Assembly (NCBI GenBank): GCA_000025185.1
Contig: CP001848.1
Coordinates: 3,690,001-3,722,000 of the forward strand
Length of the DNA stretch: 32,000 nucleotides
DNA from: Pirellula staleyi DSM 6068
GTDB taxonomy: Bacteria > Planctomycetota > Planctomycetia > Pirellulales > Pirellulaceae
Direction: 5' to 3'
Shown here in pieces: positions 27,310 through 32,000 of the stretch. The first letter of the stretch is position 1, and every line of letters begins with the position of its first letter. Made by a program: the position numbers and the translations under genes. The notes under the pieces are model-generated. The model made no database searches. It saw nothing but the letters and a program-made list of their open reading frames with translations, and was not told the origin of the DNA.

Positions 27310-27558
27310 CTTTGGTTTTCTCGAATCTGGGGCAATTTCTCGCGATGTAGGGCAGCGGGAAGGTGCCTCACTAAACCTACGACTGCAGTCACAAGCAGCG
27401 ATCGCGATCGCTGCTTCGTCAGGTTTGGTAGTCGCAAGACGGTGCAGTGATGCACTGTTTCATTGCTACGCGACCACGGATTGCTCTATAACTCGTGCAG
27501 GTCGCATGCTGCTGTAGCGGCGAAACGATCGATAAGCTGACAGCCGAAGGAAACCGTG

Positions 27559-28044
27559 ATGCACTACTTGCGAGCAACGCTGCTTCTTACCACCGCGCTG
27601 CTACTTTGCGGCTGTCGAGGCGAAGTCACTCCCCCGACGACCAATTCTGAGCCCTCACACGAACCTGCCCCCATCGGCAAGTCGCTGCCTGACAGCCCCG
27701 CTGAAACACCGGCTACGATTCCCACCGAAGTTCCAGCTGAATTGTCGAACCTTTCGGTCGACCAGCTGGTGAACAAGCTTGTGAGTGATGCCACGCGCGA
27801 CTCCGCAGCGATTGCGCTTGCGGCGAAAGGAAAAGAAGCTGTTCAGGCAACGCTCTCCGCTTGCAGTCACGAAAAATGGGAAGTTCGAGCCGCCGCTGTT
27901 TTTGTACTCAGCCAAGTAGATGGCGAGGCAGCGGTGACGAAGAAACTCACCGAGATGCGCGACAGCGACCCAGCACCTGCTGTTCGAGATGCTGCGGCAT
28001 TCGGGCTCGATGCCCTCGACGAGCGTGCCCGACTCCGAAAATAA
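27559..28044 (+). CDS. HEAT-repeat lipoprotein.
   Basis: MHYLRATLLLTTALLLCGC (signal peptide with lipobox-like LCGC). HEAT/PBS-lyase-like repeats WEVRAAAVFVLSQV and PAPAVRDAAAFGLDAL. GAAGGA lies 7 nt before ATG 27559; the track uses the adjacent GTG 27556. Confidence 0.7.
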   Translation: MHYLRATLLLTTALLLCGCRGEVTPPTTNSEPSHEPAPIGKSLPDSPAETPATIPTEVPAELSNLSVDQLVNKLVSDATRDSAAIALAAKGKEAVQATLSACSHEKWEVRAAAVFVLSQVDGEAAVTKKLTEMRDSDPAPAVRDAAAFGLDALDERARLRK

Positions 28045-28096
28045 TGCATTCGCTCTGTCGGAAAAAATCGAACTCTACCTCGAGAAGGTCACTGCT

Positions 28097-29098
28097 ATGA
28101 AATCGGTTCGAGTCGCTGCGGTCCAAATGCATCATGAACCGGGCGATATCTCGACAAACTTAGCAACGATCGAGCGTGTCGCACGAGAGGCGGCTGAAGC
28201 CCAAGCCAAGATCATCGCCTTCCCCGAATGTTGTCTCCAAGGTTACTGGCATCTGCGAAATCTTTCGCGCGAAGAACTATTTTCTCTCGCCGAGCCACTC
28301 CCTACGGGCGATCACGCAGCATCAATACGAGCCCTCTCCGAAGAACTCCAAGCGACTATCGGCGTGGGACTCATCGAACGAGACGACCAAGGTCGACTTT
28401 TCAATTCTTATTTTGTTGCGATGCCGAGCGGACAGTTCGCGGTCCATCGTAAACTGCATGTGTTCGTCAGCCCTTTTTTGACGCCGGGGGACGATTACAC
28501 CGTTTTCGATACGCCTCACGGCTGTCGCGTGGGGGTTCTGATTTGCTACGACAATAATCTTGTCGAGAATGCTCGTTGTACGGCGCTGCGTGGAGCCGAG
28601 ATCCTGCTGTCGCCCCATCAAACCGGCGGTTGTAAAAGCGGATCTCCTTGTGCCATGGGGCCGATCGATCCTGCGTTGTGGGACAATCGCGAGCATGACC
28701 CCGCAAAAATCACGGCCGAGTTTCAAGGTGACAAGGGTCGGGGATGGCTCATGCGATGGCTACCGGCAAGAGCGCACGACAACGGCATGTTCTTGGTGTT
28801 TGCCAACGGCGTGGGACGGGACGACGATGAAACTCGAACCGGCAATGCCATGATTCTCGACTGCTACGGGCGCTTGCTGGCGGAGTCGAAAGATCTGGAG
28901 ACCGATCTTGTTTTGGCCGATCTCGACGCGACTCTTCTCGAACGTTCGACCGGACAACGCTGGCTCAAAGCCCGTCGCCCAGAACTCTATTCCGCGATTG
29001 CCGAGCGAACCAGCCGCGAGCGCTCCACGCGCGAGGTCCGATTTGAGTATGATGCGAAAGAACTGGACAATATCCCCGGCGAGCGACCCGCGAAGTAG
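28097..29098 (+). CDS. Carbon-nitrogen hydrolase (nitrilase superfamily) protein.
   Basis: VRVAAVQM..., catalytic-triad contexts IIAFPE (Glu), HRKLHVF (Lys) and VLICYDN (Cys). ATG 28097 is chosen; the extension to 27989 overlaps the previous gene. Confidence 0.85.
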   Translation: MKSVRVAAVQMHHEPGDISTNLATIERVAREAAEAQAKIIAFPECCLQGYWHLRNLSREELFSLAEPLPTGDHAASIRALSEELQATIGVGLIERDDQGRLFNSYFVAMPSGQFAVHRKLHVFVSPFLTPGDDYTVFDTPHGCRVGVLICYDNNLVENARCTALRGAEILLSPHQTGGCKSGSPCAMGPIDPALWDNREHDPAKITAEFQGDKGRGWLMRWLPARAHDNGMFLVFANGVGRDDDETRTGNAMILDCYGRLLAESKDLETDLVLADLDATLLERSTGQRWLKARRPELYSAIAERTSRERSTREVRFEYDAKELDNIPGERPAK

Positions 29099-29155
29099 CG
29101 TTTTCCAGACTGCTTGCCGGTAGTCAGAACAACTCCAACGCTTAGCAAAATCTCC

Positions 29156-30343
29156 ATGTTTGATCTCGCAAAAGTGCAGGCTGCGCTGCATCAGTTTGGT
29201 CTCGATGGTTGGCTCATCGGTGAGTTTCGAGGGAGCAATATGCCGGGCCGACGGGTGCTCGATTTCGCCGATCGAAGCATCACGAGCAGACGCTGGTTCT
29301 ACTCGATTCCTCGTGAAGGAAAGCCCCTCAAACTGGTCCATCGAATCGAGCCCGGCGCGCTCGATCACCTCCCGGGCGAGACGATTGTTTATCTCCGGTG
29401 GCAAGAGTTCGAAGCAGGAATCGCTGCGCTCTGTGCTGGCAAAAAAAAGATCGCGATGGAGTACTCCCCGAAGAACAACATTCCCTACATCGCGCGCGTC
29501 GATGCGGGAACGATCGAACTGGTGCGATCGCAGGGCTGCGACGTCGTTTCGTCGGGCAATCTCATTCAACTCTTCGAGTCGGTGTGGGATGAGTCGCAGT
29601 GGGAAATGCATCTCCTTGCTAATAAGAACAACGTTGCTGCCTACGATCGCGCGTGGAAACTGATTGCCGATCGAATCGAAAGTGGCAAGCCCGTTACCGA
29701 GGGGGATGTGTGCGGGGAGATCCTGCAGCACTTCGCCGAGCATGCAATGACCACCTACCACCCGCCGATCGTGGGCGTGGGGCCTCACAGCGGCGATCCC
29801 CACTACGAGACTTCACCCGATTCGAAAACGCCGATTAAACGGGGCGATTTCGTACTAATCGATCTGTGGGCCAAACTCGATCAGCCTCGCGCGGTGTACA
29901 GCGATCTCACGCGTGTTGGCTTTGTCGGAACTGAAGTCCCTGAACAATTCAACAAGGTGTTCAAGATTGTCGCTGCAGCGCGCGATGCGGCGATTGCATA
30001 CGTCCAAGAGGCGTTTGCCTCGGGGCGTCCGCTACAGGGGTGGGAAGTCGACGATGCCTGTCGCGAAGTCATCGTGAAGGCAGGCTATGGCGACTATTTC
30101 ATTCACCGGACCGGGCATAGCATCGGTCAAGAGACGCACGGCAACGGCGCGAATATCGACAATCTCGAAACGCACGAAGATCGACTGATTCTCCCGGGAA
30201 GTTGCTTCTCGATCGAGCCTGGTATTTATCTCCCTGAGTTTGGGGCGCGTAGCGAGGTCGATGTCTTTGTCGATTGGAGCGGCAACGTGCATGTCACCGG
30301 CGGACCCCTGCAAACCGAGGTCCTTCCGATTTTGGCAAAATAA
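29156..30343 (+). CDS. M24 family metallopeptidase (Xaa-Pro aminopeptidase/dipeptidase-like).
   Basis: Pita-bread-fold metal-ligand contexts: FVLIDLWA, DLTRV, HRTGHSIGQETHGNG, FSIEPGIY, SEVDVFV. ATG 29156 is preferred over TTG 29114. Confidence 0.85.
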   Translation: MFDLAKVQAALHQFGLDGWLIGEFRGSNMPGRRVLDFADRSITSRRWFYSIPREGKPLKLVHRIEPGALDHLPGETIVYLRWQEFEAGIAALCAGKKKIAMEYSPKNNIPYIARVDAGTIELVRSQGCDVVSSGNLIQLFESVWDESQWEMHLLANKNNVAAYDRAWKLIADRIESGKPVTEGDVCGEILQHFAEHAMTTYHPPIVGVGPHSGDPHYETSPDSKTPIKRGDFVLIDLWAKLDQPRAVYSDLTRVGFVGTEVPEQFNKVFKIVAAARDAAIAYVQEAFASGRPLQGWEVDDACREVIVKAGYGDYFIHRTGHSIGQETHGNGANIDNLETHEDRLILPGSCFSIEPGIYLPEFGARSEVDVFVDWSGNVHVTGGPLQTEVLPILAK

Positions 30344-30369
30344 CTTGAGAGTCAAGCGTGCTACAAGCG

Positions 30370-31626
30370 TTAAGCAATCAGGTTGCCGCTCACGATTTCT
30401 CCACCGAGAATCGTACACTCGTGATGCAATTGCAGATCGCGCAGAGATAGCACCACAAGATTAGCTGGTGCCCCGATTTCGAGGCCATGGCTGGCCATCC
30501 CCAAGTGTTGCGCTGGTCGAAGACTTGCCAGATCGATCGCATTTTCGATCGATAGCCCGAGCGCTGAGCGCAAATGATTGATGCAGTAGAGTAGATCGCG
30601 CGAAGCCCCTGCGAGCAATTGACGCTGGTGCGCCACGACGAGCTTTCCGTCTTCGAGCACTTCCACTTCCCCCAGTCCGCTGCGGTAGATTCCGGGGGGC
30701 ATTCCGGCAAGGGCCGTGATATCGCTAACGAGTAGCGACCGCTCGAGTCCTTTCACGCGCAGCATCGACTTGAGAACACTCGTGGGTAAGTGATGCCCAT
30801 CGGCAATCAGCGTCGCTGTGAGTCGATCGTCGGCAAGCTGATCCCATATGTAATTCGGATGACGCTTGATGCTGGGATGAGCGCCATTTCCCAGATGTGT
30901 GCTCAGTGTAGCGCCAGCGTCGACCGCAGCGGTGATTTGCTCGGAACTAGCAGCCGTATGTCCGATTGCCACAAGCACACCCTGCTGTACTAGGTAGCGA
31001 ATTAACTCAATCGAATCGGGATATTCCGGCGATAGAGTGACGAGTTTGATATGGCCACGAGCGGCTGATTGCAGCTGTTTAAACTCTTCGAGGGAAGGTG
31101 GACGGACATGTTCGCGGGGGTGAGCTCCGCGCGGGCCATCTTCGGCAGAGATGTACGGTCCTTCGAGATGAATGCCGGCGATCGATTGCCGGCTTCGTGG
31201 CAAACTTTCTTTGGCCGTGGCAATGACTCCCAGCGATCGCACGAGCAGTTCGCGCGAGTCGGTCGTGCACGTTGGCAAGTAATGCGTAACGCCAGCTTGC
31301 AGCATCCCTTGAGTCACCGCCTCCACATCGTCTGGCGAAACATGGGGGTGATTGAGTTCGTGTCCGGCAAGACCATTCACCTGCAGGTCGATGAGTCCCG
31401 GAGCAACGATTGGCAAATGGCCAGCCGATGTTTGGTGGGCAAAATCGGCCTGGATCGACTGAATGTGACCAGCCGCAATGTCGACGACGACAGGGCGAAG
31501 CGTGTCGTAGCGGCGGGCGAGGAGGCGAAAGGTATTCAAACGAACAGGCTCCTCGGCGAAGTGAGTAACGCAGATGCGACGCTCTGTGCCGATCGAGAAA
31601 ATGGAGGCAGGAAGCTCAGTCGTCAT
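30370..31626 (-). CDS. nagA: N-acetylglucosamine-6-phosphate deacetylase family amidohydrolase.
   Basis: Block-by-block resemblance to E. coli NagA from memory: PGLIDLQVNGLAGHELN, YLPTCTTDS, GIHLEGPYIS, LVTLSPE, VAIGHTAAS, STHLGNGA, LIADGHHL, LVSDITALAG. ATG at 31626 (MTTELP...) is preferred to the longer ORF start at 31731. Confidence 0.8.
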   Translation of the reverse strand: MTTELPASIFSIGTERRICVTHFAEEPVRLNTFRLLARRYDTLRPVVVDIAAGHIQSIQADFAHQTSAGHLPIVAPGLIDLQVNGLAGHELNHPHVSPDDVEAVTQGMLQAGVTHYLPTCTTDSRELLVRSLGVIATAKESLPRSRQSIAGIHLEGPYISAEDGPRGAHPREHVRPPSLEEFKQLQSAARGHIKLVTLSPEYPDSIELIRYLVQQGVLVAIGHTAASSEQITAAVDAGATLSTHLGNGAHPSIKRHPNYIWDQLADDRLTATLIADGHHLPTSVLKSMLRVKGLERSLLVSDITALAGMPPGIYRSGLGEVEVLEDGKLVVAHQRQLLAGASRDLLYCINHLRSALGLSIENAIDLASLRPAQHLGMASHGLEIGAPANLVVLSLRDLQLHHECTILGGEIVSGNLIA

Positions 31627-31745
31627 GATTGCGACGGAACTCGCGAGCGACAAGGGTGGATCGACGGCCTTGGAATTGCATGCGCTCGGTGATCGTCGTA
31701 TTCTAAACGGGCTATTCCTCTCTCCCGCCATGTTTTGGTGAAGTC

Positions 31746-32000
31746 ATGAGTTTACTCTACGTTGTGCTCCCGGCCGGGCTATTGCTGCTCGCGGCCTACT
31801 TCACCTATGGTCGACTACTTGCGCGACTGCTGCAACTCGATCCCAATCGCGTGACTCCCGCTGTCGAACGGCAAGATGGTCTCGATTACGAACCAATTAG
31901 CGTCGGTTCGCTTGTACCCCAGCATTTTTCTGCCATTGCAGCAGCTGGGCCGATTGTGGGGCCGATTTTGGCAGGACTTACGTTCGGCTGGCTCCCGGCG
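31746..32000 (+). CDS. cstA: Carbon starvation protein A family transporter, 5' fragment (runs off the window).
   Basis: My own translation from ATG 31746: MSLLYVVLPAGLLLLAAYFTYGRLLARLLQLDPNRVTPAVERQDGLDYEPISVGSLVPQHFSAIAAAGPIVGPILAGLTFGWLPA. HF-AIAGAGPIVGP is the characteristic CstA N-terminal signature. It is not in the ORF track because no stop is reached. Confidence 0.8.
   Translation, partial: MSLLYVVLPAGLLLLAAYFTYGRLLARLLQLDPNRVTPAVERQDGLDYEPISVGSLVPQHFSAIAAAGPIVGPILAGLTFGWLPA

Noticed and set aside
26232-27455. 407-aa minus-strand ORF opposite the Tat-signal gene.
   Set aside because: It runs straight through the 13-bp-stem terminator at 27258-27296 and has no SD or recognisable motifs. 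The plus-strand ORF has an SD, a Tat signal and normal composition.

Overview
This window reads as an ordinary chromosomal segment of a moderately GC-rich bacterium. The gene content suggests Planctomycetota (Pirellulales-like), by inference only, with no database search. That content includes a giant PATR/RTX repeat protein, a membrane Ser/Thr kinase with a very long extracytoplasmic tail, a CxxCH...MPP planctomycete-type cytochrome c motif fused to other domains, and several Tat or lipoprotein-signal proteins of unknown function.

I support 20 protein-coding genes:
- 1-9303: the 3' approx. 9.3 kb of a giant adhesin-like gene, open from nt 1.
- 9512-10900 (minus strand): a two-gene unit, SirB1-like transglutaminase-fold protein plus a triple zinc-ribbon/DksA-TraR-finger protein.
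- 11620-14913: a 1097-aa transmembrane Ser/Thr kinase.
- 15040-18556: a peptide/nickel-type ABC importer (binding protein and two permeases, no ATPase).
- 18590-19255: a flavin-reductase-like protein.
- 19399-19884: a hypothetical acidic protein.
- 20067-22394: an unusual secreted fusion of thioredoxin fold, heme c motif, PHM/DBH-like copper monooxygenase region and GAF-like region.
- 22544-22714 (minus strand): a 56-aa Lys/Ala-rich histone-H1-like basic protein.
- 23113-24411: enolase.
- 24621-25672: two translationally coupled membrane proteins.
- 26277-27164: a Tat-signal protein.
- 27559-28044: a HEAT-repeat lipoprotein.
- 28097-32000: a C-N hydrolase, an M24 peptidase, a NagA-like deacetylase and the 5' end of cstA.

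Four hairpin terminators are visible. I saw no rRNA, tRNA, CRISPR array, transposase, integrase or recognisable defence module, and no clearly new multi-gene system.

The items most worth follow-up:
- The copper-monooxygenase fusion.
- The mis-startable H1-like micro-protein with its structured leader.
- Two in-phase heptanucleotide arrays of 4-bp palindromes just after the giant gene.
- A TTTGCGA motif cluster upstream of the kinase.
- The uncharacterised kinase ectodomain.

All functional calls come from motif recognition by eye on the supplied translations.
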